DNA of 64,000 nt, from positions 32,001 through 96,000 of the forward strand of contig JBJHCF010000002.1 in NCBI GenBank assembly GCA_050506795.1, given 5' to 3'. The notes under the pieces are model-generated. The model had not been told where the DNA came from. It ran no database searches and saw nothing but the letters and a program-made list of their open reading frames with translations. How positions within the stretch are numbered: the stretch's first letter is position 1; the number at the start of each line of letters is the position of its first letter. Position numbers and translations under genes: made by a program. This stretch comes from Opitutia bacterium. Lineage in GTDB: Bacteria > Verrucomicrobiota > Verrucomicrobiia > Opitutales > T3Sed10-336. Of this stretch, positions 49,507 to 60,717 are shown in pieces.

Positions 49507-50547
49507 CTATTGTATTTTCTTTTCGATCTCCTCCAGGCGCACGCAGGCGACGCGGGAGTCGGTGTGGACTTCGCGCAGGGCGGGCGGTTCGCCGCGCACG
49601 TCGCAGACGCCCGATTTCGCGTGGGGACAGCGGGGATGGAAGCTGCAACCGGGCGGGAGGTCCGCGGGATCGGCGGCTTCTCCAGAAATCTGAAACTCCA
49701 GGTGAACATCCGGATCCGGATAGGGAATGGCGGATAAAAGCGCCTGGGTGTAAGGGTGGCGGGGGTTTTCGAACAGCGCCTCGGTTTCGGCCAGTTCGAC
49801 AACTTTGCCGCCGTACATCACCGCCACCCGGTCGCAGATGTGGCGAATGACGCTCAAATCGTGCGCCACAAAGATGTAAGTCAGGTCGAACTCTTCCTGA
49901 ATGTCCTCCAGCAGGTTGATGACCTGCGCCTGCACCGAAACGTCCAGGGCCGACACCGCTTCGTCCGCGACAATTAAGGCGGGGTTCATGATCAGGGCTC
50001 GGGCGATACCGATGCGCTGGCGCTGGCCGCCGCTGAAGGCGTGGGGATAACGCACCCGGTGTTCGGCCTTGAGCCCGACCCGGACCAAGGCCTCCTCCAC
50101 CCGCCGCCGCAGCTCGGCACCTTCGGCCAGGCGGTGGATACGGAGCGGTTCGCCCACAATGTCTCCCACCGTCATCCGCGGATTAAGAGAGGAGAACGGA
50201 TCCTGGAAAATCATCTGCATCTGCTGACGCATCGGTTTCAGTTCCCGTTCGCTGATTTTCGCCAGGTCCACCGTGCGGCCGTTGGCACGAAACAAAACCT
50301 CGCCGCTCGTCGGCTCATACGCACGCAGGATAGTGCGGGCGGCGGTGGTCTTCCCCGAACCGCTCTCACCCACGAGGCCCAGTGTCTCACCGCGCATCAG
50401 GTCGAAGTTGAGATTATCCACCGCCTTGACGGTTCCCACTTGTTTCCTGAAAAACCCCTTGCCGCGGATGGGGAAATGCTTGCACAGGTTGCGCACGCTC
50501 AAAAGGGGCTCTTCCCGGCGACCGTTCTCGGTGGTGGTTGCGCTCAT
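49507..50547 (-). CDS. Oligopeptide/dipeptide-type ABC transporter ATP-binding subunit (OppF/AppF-like)
   Basis: [30 protein letters not shown]-terminal Cys motif. Confidence 0.93.
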   Translation of the reverse strand: MSATTTENGRREEPLLSVRNLCKHFPIRGKGFFRKQVGTVKAVDNLNFDLMRGETLGLVGESGSGKTTAARTILRAYEPTSGEVLFRANGRTVDLAKISERELKPMRQQMQMIFQDPFSSLNPRMTVGDIVGEPLRIHRLAEGAELRRRVEEALVRVGLKAEHRVRYPHAFSGGQRQRIGIARALIMNPALIVADEAVSALDVSVQAQVINLLEDIQEEFDLTYIFVAHDLSVIRHICDRVAVMYGGKVVELAETEALFENPRHPYTQALLSAIPYPDPDVHLEFQISGEAADPADLPPGCSFHPRCPHAKSGVCDVRGEPPALREVHTDSRVACVRLEEIEKKIQ

Positions 50548-51665
50548 GATTCCGACTTGCCGGTTTGACCGGACGAACCGCCTTCCGCGGCTCCCTTGAG
50601 TTCCTCCTGGATTGCCTCCGCCCGGATGCAGGCCACTCTCCGGCCGTCCGGCATCTCACGCAGTTCGGGCGGCCCGCCGACGTCGCATTCCCCGGGCTCG
50701 GCGAAAGGACAGCGGGGATGAAAGGGACAGCCCGCGGGCATTTCGGTGAGGGAAGGCACACTGCCCTTGATCGCCTTCAGACGTTTCGACCGAACGTTGA
50801 TGCTGGGTAACGAATCGAGCAGCCCCATGGTGTAGGGGTGCATGGGTCGCTTGAGCAAGGCGCGCACGTCGGCGTGTTCGACAATGCGCCCGAGATACAT
50901 CACGGCCACATCGTCGGCCGTCTGTGCCACCACTCCCAGATCGTGGGTGATGAGAAGTACGGACGCCTGCGTCTCTTTCTGCAGGTCCTTGATCAGTTTG
51001 AGAATCTGCGCCTGGATCGTGACGTCCAGGGCGGTGGTCGGTTCGTCGGCGATCAGCAGTTTCGGGCTGCACAGCAGCGCCATGGCGATCACCACCCGCT
51101 GACGCATTCCTCCGCTGAATTCGAACGGATACTGTTTCAGGCGCCGCTCCGGGCCGGGAATGCCCACCCGGCGCAGCATGTCGGCGGCCCGGCGCTCCGC
51201 TTCGGCCTTCGGCACATCCTCATGCGTCAAAATGGCTTCGCAAAGTTGATTGCCAATGGTGTGCACCGGACTCAGCGCGGTCATCGGTTCCTGAAAGATC
51301 ATGCTGGCAACCCCGCCGCGCAAGCGATAGATCCTGTCGTCCTTTTCGGGAAGATCCACCACCTCGATACTTTGGCCGGCTTCCGGATAAAGCCTTATCC
51401 TGCCTCCAACGATCTCCCCCGGTTTTTGAATCAGGCGCAGAATGGAAAAGGCGGTGACACTCTTGCCGCATCCACTCTCACCCACCAGCGCCAAGGTGCG
51501 TCCGCGGTCCAGGTGGAAAGTAACGCCGTTCACCGCGGGAATCACGCCCTCTTCGGTGTGAAACCAGGTCTGCAATTCCTCCACCTCCAGAACGCGATCC
51601 GGTTTCCCGGCGTCAACTGAAGCGGGGCCGGAGGGCGGGCTCTGAGTCTTAAGGTCGTTTTCCAT
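50544..51665 (-). CDS. Oligopeptide/dipeptide-type ABC transporter ATP-binding subunit (OppD-like)
   Basis: [29 protein letters not shown]. Confidence 0.93.
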   Translation of the reverse strand: MENDLKTQSPPSGPASVDAGKPDRVLEVEELQTWFHTEEGVIPAVNGVTFHLDRGRTLALVGESGCGKSVTAFSILRLIQKPGEIVGGRIRLYPEAGQSIEVVDLPEKDDRIYRLRGGVASMIFQEPMTALSPVHTIGNQLCEAILTHEDVPKAEAERRAADMLRRVGIPGPERRLKQYPFEFSGGMRQRVVIAMALLCSPKLLIADEPTTALDVTIQAQILKLIKDLQKETQASVLLITHDLGVVAQTADDVAVMYLGRIVEHADVRALLKRPMHPYTMGLLDSLPSINVRSKRLKAIKGSVPSLTEMPAGCPFHPRCPFAEPGECDVGGPPELREMPDGRRVACIRAEAIQEELKGAAEGGSSGQTGKSES

Positions 51666-51670
51666 GACAA

Positions 51671-52855
51671 TTACAGCGAGGCATAGGGATCCGCCGCGTC
51701 GCGCATTCCGTCTCCGAGGAAATTAAAGGCCAGCACCGTCACCACGATGGGCAGCACCGGCATCAAGAGCCAGGGATAATTGGCCACCGCCTGCAACTGC
51801 ATGGTGTCCTGGAGCATGACGCCCCAACTCACCACCGGCGGACGCAGGCCCAATCCGAGAAAACTCAGGGCCGTTTCCCCGAGAATCATGGCGGGAACAC
51901 TCAAGGTGAGCACCACAATGATGTGGCTGGTGAAGCCGGGAACAAGGTGCCGAAAAAGCACCCGGCCGTGGGAAGCGCCAAGGAGGCGTGCCGCCACCGC
52001 GTAATCCTCCTCGCGCAAGGCCAGAATCTTGCCCCGCACCACCCGAGCCAGGCCGGTCCACCCCAACAGGCTCAGAACCAGAGTGATTCCCATATACATG
52101 ACCACCATGGGCCAATCCGCCGGCATAATCGCCGCCAGCGCCAGCCAGAGCGGCAACTGCGGAAACGCGTTCACCACCTCGATCGCCCGCTGAATGAAAT
52201 CATCCACCGCGCCGCCCATATAACCGGATATGCCTCCGATAATGATGCCCAGAATGGAAGTGATAACGATGGCCAGCATGCCGATCGACAGACTGATCCG
52301 CGAACCGTATATCAGCCGGCTGAAAATATCGTGCCCGTACTTGTCGGCCCCAAGAAAATAAAACACCGCTTTCTCCGGGGAAATTTCGCCCCGTTCGACC
52401 GCACGGTGATCGACCCCGAAGAAACGTCGCTGCGTTTCAAACAGCCCCCAGACGCGGTAGGGTTCGCCCTTGACGAAAAACGACAGGGGCACCACTTCTC
52501 CTTCCACCTGAGTGTACACCTTACGGAAGGTGACCGGGTCAAGATTCATCTCCACCGCATCCACATGCCACCCATGCTCGAAACTGAACTTCGGCAACTG
52601 CGGCGGAGCATGCATGTAGTCGAGATTCCGCCACTCCCGTACATAGGGAGAGAAAAACTCGCAGAACGCGGCCACCACATAAAGGACCACCAGGACAAAC
52701 AGGGAAAACACCGCCAGCTTGTGGCGCTTGAATCGGCGCCGCACCAGCTGCCACTGCGACAATTCACCGATGGCAACGCCGCCTCCCTCCCCCTGGTTCA
52801 TCGAGGCTTTGCCCTCTCGCACCTCCCTCGCTCGTGTTTGCAGAAATGTACTCAT
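51671..52855 (-). CDS. ABC transporter permease (OppC-like)
   Basis: LGADKYGHDIFSRLIYGSRISL, EAA-like loop, ETALSFLGLG; ATG 52855 overlaps the upstream stop. Confidence 0.92.
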   Translation of the reverse strand: MSTFLQTRAREVREGKASMNQGEGGGVAIGELSQWQLVRRRFKRHKLAVFSLFVLVVLYVVAAFCEFFSPYVREWRNLDYMHAPPQLPKFSFEHGWHVDAVEMNLDPVTFRKVYTQVEGEVVPLSFFVKGEPYRVWGLFETQRRFFGVDHRAVERGEISPEKAVFYFLGADKYGHDIFSRLIYGSRISLSIGMLAIVITSILGIIIGGISGYMGGAVDDFIQRAIEVVNAFPQLPLWLALAAIMPADWPMVVMYMGITLVLSLLGWTGLARVVRGKILALREEDYAVAARLLGASHGRVLFRHLVPGFTSHIIVVLTLSVPAMILGETALSFLGLGLRPPVVSWGVMLQDTMQLQAVANYPWLLMPVLPIVVTVLAFNFLGDGMRDAADPYASL

Positions 52856-55800
52856 TGGGACCCTCCCATTCGGATACGTGGATCCACCCACATCAGCAGC
52901 AAGTCGCTAACCAGGGTTCCAAAGACACTTAAGAGACTCAACACCATCAACATTGAGCCCGCCAGATACATGTCCTGAGTCATCAGAGAACTCAGCAGGA
53001 GCGGCCCCACCGTCGGCAGGCTCAATACGATTGCCACGATGGCGCCACCTGACACCAGTTGCGGAAAAATCTGGCCGATGCCCGAAATAAAAGGGTTAAG
53101 CGCCATACGCACGGGATACTTGAAGAGAAGTTTCATCGGCCGGACGCCCTTGGCGCGGGCCGTGACCACATAGGGTTTCCTCAGCTCGTCCAGCAGGTTC
53201 CCGCGCATCACACGTATCATCCATGCCGTGCCCGCGGTTCCGATGACCACGACCGGAACCCAGATGTGTTGCATCAGGTCGACAAATTTACCCCACGTCC
53301 ATTCCGGTTGCGCCGCGTATTCGGGCGAGAACAGACCGCTGACCTGGGCATCGAACACCGAAGCGCTGATGTACATCAGGATCAGCGCCAGAAGGAAATT
53401 CGGAACGCACATCCCGATAAACCCGATCAGGGTAAAGAAGTAATCCCCGATCGAATATTGCCTCACCGCCGAATATATACCGATTGGGATGGCCATGGCC
53501 CAGGTGAAAAGGACAGTGAACACCGAGATCACCAGGGTAAGGACAATCCGGTCTCCCACCACGTCGTTTACCAGGCGCGCGTCCTCCATGGAGCGTCCGA
53601 GCGAACCTTGCAGCAGTCCCCGGTCCTGCGAATCGAACGAAAAAAACCAGTGCAGTCCCAGCCATCGAAAGTACTGCACCAGCTTCGGATCGTCCACGTG
53701 AAAGATCGTTTCCAGTTCGCGTATCTCCTGCACCGCCGACAGATCGCCCTCCATTTCCAGCTCGATGATACGGGCTTCGATAAAGTTTCCGGGCGGAAGT
53801 TGAATAATGACAAACGTCACGATGGAAATGACCAGCAGCGTAGGGATAAGAATGATACAACGACGACCGATAAACGGATGCCGGACCGCCAGCATCAAGC
53901 CGCCCAGAATAAGGATCCCGTAAACCAGATAACGTATGACAGTCCCGACAAAGTCGCCCACCGAGGCGTCGTCCCGCCGCACCCCTTCACGCAGCGTCAT
54001 GGAAGGATCGGGACGAACATCAACCATGAGCGCCTTGATCTGAGCGATGGCTCCCGGGGAATCCCGCGGTTCCTCGAAATAGAAAGTCTCGATTCCCGCG
54101 TTGGCCGGCGTGTTGAAAATATGGCCGACAATGGCATTGCGCGGTACATTGCGAAATCCGTTCTGTACGATCACCAGTTGCGGGGGAGGAGTGCTGATGT
54201 TGATGCTCCAGACGTTCTCCGCCGCGATCTCCAGAACTTCGTTGAAAACCCTGGCCTGCTCCTCCATGTCCTCGATGCCAAGAGCCTCGTCCAGGATTTC
54301 CATGCTACGCCGCACCGGATGCCCCGGCGGAGGCTCAATGGCCAGAGGATGATCCCACGCATCCGGATTGCCGTACAGGCCCCCGCGTTGATACCAACTG
54401 GCGTACCCCGGAGCGAAAAAGGAATGCAGCACGACCGGCACAAAGTTCCGCGGCTCCACCAGGGGATAGAACTCGCTCTCGCCCGACCAGACGGTGAAGT
54501 CATGCTCCAGTCCGGATTGCAGCGCCTGCCAGAGACGTCGGGCGCGATCCTGCAACAGCACCCGCACTCCAACCTCGGACCAGTGGGTGATGAGAAAATC
54601 CGAAGGACCGGTACCGGTGTAATCGGTCAGGTGCAAATTGAAGGACATGCGGGTGCCGTCGGGGAAAGTCCGGTAGCCTTCCGCGTCGCGCTGATCCAGA
54701 CCGATTTCATCCAACAGCGCGTTGGCCCGGTCCGGATCGTACTCGGTGAAGCTGTGGAAAAGGTTGGGATTGTGAAACGCCGACTCCCTTCCGGGATCGA
54801 GCTGGGCCGGTTCGGTTTGCCCGTCGTAGTCCGCCCGAATGATCTCCTCCCGATTGATCGCCAGCGACATCGCCTGGCGAAATTCCTTCCTGTTCAGATA
54901 CTCGTGCTTCCATCGGGTTTCCGGGCGGTTCGGATCCACCCGACGGTTGAGATTGGGGAAAACGCAGAATACCGAACGCGAACCCTGGAACCAGTGGTAC
55001 ACGTCGAAGTTGTTTCGTTCCCGCTCGCTCATGTAGAGCGTGTAATCGTCGTAACGAATATGCCGCAGTTGCATGGTGATGTCCCCGGCCGCCGCGGTGA
55101 CCGAAATCATATCCTCCGAGCGGAGGTCATTCAGGATGCGGTCTACGTAAGGCAACTGGTTTCCCTCGACGTCCACCTGCCAGTAGTAGGGATTGCGCAC
55201 GAACTCATAGGGAGGGGTACTCTGAAAACTGCGGGGCACCCACGGCCACATGCGGGGGTGCTCGGGATTGCGAGGTTCCTTGAGCCGAAAATAGGCGGCT
55301 CGCGCTGTGGGAACACCCTGGACCCGCACCATGGCCGCGATCCGGTCAGGATCCCCGACCTCGGGATGGAACTGCCTCAAATAATGCTCGGGTACCCAGA
55401 TCTCCTGTTTGGCCATTTGCTCCGCGAACAACCCGTGGGGATACGGAAAAGTGACCCGGACCGTGTACTCGTCGATCATCTCGATATCGCCAAGCTCCCC
55501 GCGGATGGTCATAAAATCTGGACGCTGTCCGAAGTGCAGCACTTCATGCTCCCACCAGTAAAGAATGTCCCTGGCCGTAAAAGGGTGTCCATCCGACCAA
55601 CGCACGCCTTCGCGCAGATGAAAGATGTATTCACGACGGTCGTCCGAGACTTCCCAATCCCGTGCCAGGTTCGCCTTCAAGGGGTATCCCAAAGGCGACC
55701 AGCGCAAGAGCCGGTCTCCGGAGAGGCGCCAGGAGATGATCTGCACGTCTCCTTCCGATATCGCCACGCGATACCAGGTGCCCCCGTAGTTCCCAATGCC

Positions 55801-56151
55801 TTCGACGCCCCGTATTACCGAGGGCTGAGGCCCGACTCTTTCGGCGACTGGAGGAAGTCGGCCTTCCGCCACCAGCTCGGCCAGGATCGGCGACTCCCCG
55901 CGGGGAAACCACGCGGCCGACTCGCCCTCGCTGTAATCGACGTCCACGTGAATCACGGGAGGATCGTCCGGATCGAACGACGTGTCCCGATCCCTTTCCA
56001 GCAGGTCAATCAGCTCGGGATCGTATTGGGGCAACCCGGCGCGAATATCAGGACGAAAAAACAGACCGAAAGCATACAATAACGCCACCAGGGAGAGACC
56101 CGCTCCAAAAGTCAGTAACAGACAAATGCCGAAACTCTTAAGTCGTATCAT
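52852..56151 (-). CDS. Fused family-5 substrate-binding protein and OppB-like permease
   Basis: N-terminal TM; G.LPPV.ER, LREGVRWSDGHPFTA.D, RNPYYW.VD.EGNQLPY; then permease with TARAKG; ATG 56151 with GGGGA RBS. Confidence 0.9.
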   Translation of the reverse strand: MIRLKSFGICLLLTFGAGLSLVALLYAFGLFFRPDIRAGLPQYDPELIDLLERDRDTSFDPDDPPVIHVDVDYSEGESAAWFPRGESPILAELVAEGRLPPVAERVGPQPSVIRGVEGIGNYGGTWYRVAISEGDVQIISWRLSGDRLLRWSPLGYPLKANLARDWEVSDDRREYIFHLREGVRWSDGHPFTARDILYWWEHEVLHFGQRPDFMTIRGELGDIEMIDEYTVRVTFPYPHGLFAEQMAKQEIWVPEHYLRQFHPEVGDPDRIAAMVRVQGVPTARAAYFRLKEPRNPEHPRMWPWVPRSFQSTPPYEFVRNPYYWQVDVEGNQLPYVDRILNDLRSEDMISVTAAAGDITMQLRHIRYDDYTLYMSERERNNFDVYHWFQGSRSVFCVFPNLNRRVDPNRPETRWKHEYLNRKEFRQAMSLAINREEIIRADYDGQTEPAQLDPGRESAFHNPNLFHSFTEYDPDRANALLDEIGLDQRDAEGYRTFPDGTRMSFNLHLTDYTGTGPSDFLITHWSEVGVRVLLQDRARRLWQALQSGLEHDFTVWSGESEFYPLVEPRNFVPVVLHSFFAPGYASWYQRGGLYGNPDAWDHPLAIEPPPGHPVRRSMEILDEALGIEDMEEQARVFNEVLEIAAENVWSINISTPPPQLVIVQNGFRNVPRNAIVGHIFNTPANAGIETFYFEEPRDSPGAIAQIKALMVDVRPDPSMTLREGVRRDDASVGDFVGTVIRYLVYGILILGGLMLAVRHPFIGRRCIILIPTLLVISIVTFVIIQLPPGNFIEARIIELEMEGDLSAVQEIRELETIFHVDDPKLVQYFRWLGLHWFFSFDSQDRGLLQGSLGRSMEDARLVNDVVGDRIVLTLVISVFTVLFTWAMAIPIGIYSAVRQYSIGDYFFTLIGFIGMCVPNFLLALILMYISASVFDAQVSGLFSPEYAAQPEWTWGKFVDLMQHIWVPVVVIGTAGTAWMIRVMRGNLLDELRKPYVVTARAKGVRPMKLLFKYPVRMALNPFISGIGQIFPQLVSGGAIVAIVLSLPTVGPLLLSSLMTQDMYLAGSMLMVLSLLSVFGTLVSDLLLMWVDPRIRMGGSQ

Positions 56152-56383
56152 TCTATCCCCTGATTCTGGCCCCTTTCGATCATGAATCTTCTGAAAAATC
56201 GCCGGGAGGTAAAAGGCGAAAAACACCAATGCCTAACTAAAGAAATCCCCCCTGCAGGTGTCCAGAGGATTGGGGAATTATTTTAGTTTAATCATTGAGC
56301 GGTCCTGTTGACGGACTTCCACTCCAAGACCGGACCGCGGCCGCGCGCGGTCTCGTGATCACCTGCCGGGCGGCTTTCCGGGC

Positions 56384-58486
56384 TTATCGGCCGTGACGCA
56401 AAGGAAACACCGGTCGACCCAATCGGCGGGAACAGCGTTTCTCAAAGGCCAGCACCGCTTCCGGCTGTTCGCAGACCGCACGCAGGAAGTCGTTCCGGCT
56501 GAAGACCAAGAAACGAGCCTCATCCCGGCACGACACCTCCAATTCGGAGGGAATACCGGTAAACATGTCCAGTTCTCCAAAAAAATCGCCGATTCCCAAT
56601 CGCGACCGCTTGAGGTTCCCCGAGTACTCGCAGGTGCCGTCGTAGAAAATATGAAAGAAAAGGTTGGAATCATGCAGCCGGCCGAGCGACCAGCCCGGCT
56701 GTTTAGTCACAAAGCTCCCCGCCCGGGCGAAACGGCGGACGGTCTCGCGAGACCATTCACGAAAAAACGGGACTCGCAGGAGGAAGGATGCTTTGACCGC
56801 GTCCTTCACCGCCGCGCGGCTTTCCTTTGACAATCCGGCCGCCTCGAATTCCTCGCTGGTCAGCGAATAGACAATCCCCGGCCCCAAAGCGCGCACGGTT
56901 CTGGCACGGGGCGGTTCATCCCAAAGCGGCACCGTGCCGAAGACATCGCCGTGCTTCAACCGCGCCAAACGCAGCAAACGCCCGGATGCCAGCTCGCGGC
57001 AAACCTCGAAGTCTCCCTTGAAAACCAAAAAGACACGCTTCCGATCCGTTTCCTCACCCACCAGCACTTCACCCTTGCGAACGAACCGGGGCTCCAGGCT
57101 CCGGGCGATCGCTTCGCGTTCCGCCGTATCAATCCCTCCGAAAAGCACACTTTCCTTGAGCAGGGCCGCCACCTTTTCCGGCGGCGGAGGACAGGATTCG
57201 TTATAGGGCGCAAGCGCCGCTTCCCGGGCAAGTTGAGCGACTCGCCGCAGACGCCTTTCGCGGAGGGCCGCGCCCCCGTTGCGGAGCCCGGCACGAACCG
57301 CCAGCCCGGCGGGAAGCAGCGCCGCCGAGGCCACAACGGCGCTGAGCAGAGGAGCCGACGCCAGTCCCGGCGCCAATTCAAGGGTCAGAGCCGGGAAAAC
57401 CCGGACGAAAAGAAAAATCGCACCTGTCACCCAGAGCAGCCAGGTCACGACGATGCCGACGGCAAACGACCGATTTTCCTGCGACAACCGGCGCCATAAA
57501 CGACTCCAGGTCCGGCGGGCCGCTTCGAAACGAAGTTCACGCTGGGTGTCCACCGGCACGCGACCGAAAAGGCCGCTTAATATCTGGGCTACCGCGCCGC
57601 CACGGGTCGGCAGAAACCACCAGAGCGCGCCAATAAAGACCGCTAAAGCCAAGTGAGGAAACCACAGAAGCACCGCACCGATCAGCCCGGCAACCGGCGC
57701 CGCTCGAATCAGTCCGGTCAAGGTTTCTCCCATTCGACCGGTCATGCGGGTGGCCCGGAGGTCAAATCGCAAATGCGGGAGCGGGGGCATCCAGGTCCAT
57801 ATCGGCCCGTAAACCTCCACATCGGCCGCCCGCGCCACAGCGGCCCCCATGAGAGATCCCAGGGAAACCGCAATAAAAACCAGGAGAATGCCCGAAAAAT
57901 AGTCCAATCCGCCTCGCGGCAGCAGAAAATTCGTCTCGAAGGAACCGAAAAACGATCTCCCGGTACTGTCCGCATCCACCCCCAAATCGGTCGCCAGCAA
58001 ACCATATCCTCCCAAACCGAAGGCGCCTGCAATCAGGAGGATCGCAACGGAAAACGGCATTGTGAACGGCAGATCGAGGGCGCGCCGCCGCGGCGGCGGC
58101 GCGGCGCCGTCCACCAGCAGAATTCCCCGGTCGACCGCCTTCAACACCAATTCGTAAAACTCGCTCACCGGCGGACTCTTTCCCTCGATCATGAGTTCGG
58201 AAAGCACTTCGGGAACCTTGCGACCCTTGCCAAACGCCTCCAGAATGGATCGCTCGGTCGCACTGATGCCCAACATTTGGCCTTGCGCCGCGCTGGCGAC
58301 CACCACCCGGCCGCCGGACCGTACGGTCGCCTCCACATTCGCAGCTACCCGCAGCACGCCCTGACTCAACACCCAGGACTGGTCATCGGACATCACCATC
58401 GGCTCCCGTCTCGTCTCCAGCTTGGGCGGCATGGGCGGGGGGGGGGCCACTCGGTGACTCCCTCGTTCTGGCAAAGACATTTTCAC
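56384..58486 (-). CDS. Membrane protein with two cyclic-nucleotide-binding domains
   Basis: Multi-TM core; GDVFG...RARTVRA and GDFFGE cNMP motifs; GTGA overlap with the upstream gene. Confidence 0.75.
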   Translation of the reverse strand: MKMSLPERGSHRVAPPPPMPPKLETRREPMVMSDDQSWVLSQGVLRVAANVEATVRSGGRVVVASAAQGQMLGISATERSILEAFGKGRKVPEVLSELMIEGKSPPVSEFYELVLKAVDRGILLVDGAAPPPRRRALDLPFTMPFSVAILLIAGAFGLGGYGLLATDLGVDADSTGRSFFGSFETNFLLPRGGLDYFSGILLVFIAVSLGSLMGAAVARAADVEVYGPIWTWMPPLPHLRFDLRATRMTGRMGETLTGLIRAAPVAGLIGAVLLWFPHLALAVFIGALWWFLPTRGGAVAQILSGLFGRVPVDTQRELRFEAARRTWSRLWRRLSQENRSFAVGIVVTWLLWVTGAIFLFVRVFPALTLELAPGLASAPLLSAVVASAALLPAGLAVRAGLRNGGAALRERRLRRVAQLAREAALAPYNESCPPPPEKVAALLKESVLFGGIDTAEREAIARSLEPRFVRKGEVLVGEETDRKRVFLVFKGDFEVCRELASGRLLRLARLKHGDVFGTVPLWDEPPRARTVRALGPGIVYSLTSEEFEAAGLSKESRAAVKDAVKASFLLRVPFFREWSRETVRRFARAGSFVTKQPGWSLGRLHDSNLFFHIFYDGTCEYSGNLKRSRLGIGDFFGELDMFTGIPSELEVSCRDEARFLVFSRNDFLRAVCEQPEAVLAFEKRCSRRLGRPVFPLRHGR

Positions 58487-60597
58487 AAGCGTACCTCCTC
58501 ATTTTTTCTGAACCGCAACCAAAAACGGACCACCTCTTTGGCCGGCATCGGGTGTGCAAACAAAAACCCCTGCAATCTATCCACACCCATATTCCTTAAT
58601 ATTTCCGCTTCCCGTTCATCCTCCACCCCCTCCGCCACCACGGTCAGGTGCATCGCCCGGCCCATCATGACGATAGCCTGCACGATTCTGCGCCCCTTGT
58701 CTTCCGCCACCTGCCGGGTCAGCTCCATGGCAATTTTGAGTTCGCCGAAGTGCATGGTGGCAATCTCCGCCAGCGACGAATACCCCGTTCCAAAATCATC
58801 CAGTGATATTCCATAACCGGCGGAAGCGAGTTCCTCCAGCCTATCCCGGCCGGCCGTCGTATCGAAAAATGAAGGGCACTCGGTGATTTCCAGCGTCAGA
58901 ACGGCGGGCTCCAACCCCCGCCGCTCCATCTCACCGGCGAGAAAGGCCGAAAAATCCCGGTTTATCAATTGACGGCGGGAAAGGTTTACCGAGAGCCCGA
59001 TTTCGAGCCCGTTATTCCGCCACGAGGCGAGGTCATCCAGCGCCTTGCGCACCACACATTCCCCCAAACGCCCGATCAAACCGCGCCGCTCGGCCTCCGG
59101 AATGAACCTCGACGGCGCCACCAGCCCCAGTTCGGGATCTGTCCAGCGCGCCAGGGCCTCCACCGCCACCATCCGACCGGTGAGCGCCTCAACCAGCGGC
59201 TGGTAATGTACCTCGATGCCATCGTCGTTCACCGACCGGTTGAAGCGGGCCAGAACCCCCGGGTTGCCGCGAAAAACCGCGCCATCCTCCGACGCATCGT
59301 AGCCGCGCCAGGTGTCTTTACCCATCTCTTTGGCGCGGTATAAAGCCTGGTCCGCCTTCTGCAGTAACGTATCGAGCTTTTCACCGTCCCCCGGAAACAC
59401 CGCGAACCCGGCGCTCAGGGTGATCGGAGCCCCCAGGGAGGGCGAACGTGCCGCCTCGCGTCCCAGATTGAGCAAATCCCGGCAAAACTCGTCCACTTTC
59501 TCGCGGTTCGGCAGACCGCTTTTCAAGACCACCATCTCATCACCGCCCCAACGACATAGCACGTCATCCTCCTGGAGTGCCTCGTTCAAACTCAAAGCCG
59601 CCCGCACCAGAACCTTGTCTCCGGCCTCATGCCCATAAACGTCGTTGATCTCCTTAAAATGATCGAGATCCAGCAAGACCACCGCCAACTGCTCGCCGGT
59701 CCTTGTCGCACGAGTCGTCAACTCGCCAAAACGTTTCTGCAGAAGCGCACGGTTCGCCATGCCGGTCAGCTGGTCCCGCATGGACAACTCCGTCGCCTCG
59801 TTTTTCAGGCGCACCAACTCGCGTTCGGCCGCGCGCCACTCGGTCACATCGTGACCGTAAAGGTAATAACCGGGAGCCCCCTGGATGGGTGTGGCCGTAA
59901 AGGAAAAAACGCGATTCCCGACTCCGACCTCCACCGCGACGCGATTGCTCTCTTCCCGGCAGGTTTCGGTTGGTCGCAGCAGTTCCTCCAATGCCTCCGG
60001 CAAACGCTCTCCCAACGCCACCCGCCACTCCCGCAGCAGAACATCGCCCGCCCGGTTCGAATATTGCAACAGTCCCTCGTCATCCACTCGAAAGACCGGG
60101 TTCGGATTATCCTCCGGAAAACGGGCCAGGGCACGCATCAGGACGTCGGTTTTTTCGCGCTCCTCGATCATAGTCCGGCGCCTGGCCAAGGCCCGCTCGA
60201 CCGCCCGCCCCAAGGCCACCATGCCAAAGGGCTTGGTAATAAAATCGAAAGCGCCCTGACGCAGGCAGTCGATCGCCAATTGCAGATCGTGACTCGCGGT
60301 CATTAAACAGACCGCCACATCGGGCGCCCGGGGCAACAGCTCACTCATCAATTCGAGCCCGCTCTCTCCGCCTTTCAGCCCAACGTCGCAGAGCACCAGA
60401 TCGATGGACTCCCGGCGAAGGCACTCCCGGGCCTCGGCCAGATGACGGGCCTCGAAAACAGTGTGTCCGTGCCCGGAGAGAAACTCCCGGCACAAACCGG
60501 TCAAAGCCTCCTGGTCATCCAAAACCAAAATTCTGTTTCGGCCAACGTCGCTCATAGGTGGATCAGGCGTGTTCTCAACACACTCGATCCTACCCAC
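58483..60597 (-). CDS. REC-PAS-GGDEF-EAL c-di-GMP signalling protein
   Basis: ILVLDD/LCD/FITKP receiver; PEDNPNPV PAS; DLDHFK.IND.YGH, RWGGDEM; EALARW, LEITE, DDFGTGYSS, AEGVE; alternative ATG 60555. Confidence 0.92.
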   Translation of the reverse strand: MGRIECVENTPDPPMSDVGRNRILVLDDQEALTGLCREFLSGHGHTVFEARHLAEARECLRRESIDLVLCDVGLKGGESGLELMSELLPRAPDVAVCLMTASHDLQLAIDCLRQGAFDFITKPFGMVALGRAVERALARRRTMIEEREKTDVLMRALARFPEDNPNPVFRVDDEGLLQYSNRAGDVLLREWRVALGERLPEALEELLRPTETCREESNRVAVEVGVGNRVFSFTATPIQGAPGYYLYGHDVTEWRAAERELVRLKNEATELSMRDQLTGMANRALLQKRFGELTTRATRTGEQLAVVLLDLDHFKEINDVYGHEAGDKVLVRAALSLNEALQEDDVLCRWGGDEMVVLKSGLPNREKVDEFCRDLLNLGREAARSPSLGAPITLSAGFAVFPGDGEKLDTLLQKADQALYRAKEMGKDTWRGYDASEDGAVFRGNPGVLARFNRSVNDDGIEVHYQPLVEALTGRMVAVEALARWTDPELGLVAPSRFIPEAERRGLIGRLGECVVRKALDDLASWRNNGLEIGLSVNLSRRQLINRDFSAFLAGEMERRGLEPAVLTLEITECPSFFDTTAGRDRLEELASAGYGISLDDFGTGYSSLAEIATMHFGELKIAMELTRQVAEDKGRRIVQAIVMMGRAMHLTVVAEGVEDEREAEILRNMGVDRLQGFLFAHPMPAKEVVRFWLRFRKNEEVRL

Positions 60598-60717
60598 TGA
60601 CAGTCAACGAAATCGACTTCAATCTTAGGCAAAAAAGTTTAAAAATGAGCCGACCGATGCGCGTTCACCCAACCCCCGGAGAACGTCCGAACGAGCCGCC
60701 AGTCGCGCGATCCGACC

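Noticed and set aside
53059..56082. 1007-aa plus-strand ORF
   Set aside because: Antisense shadow of the SBP-permease gene
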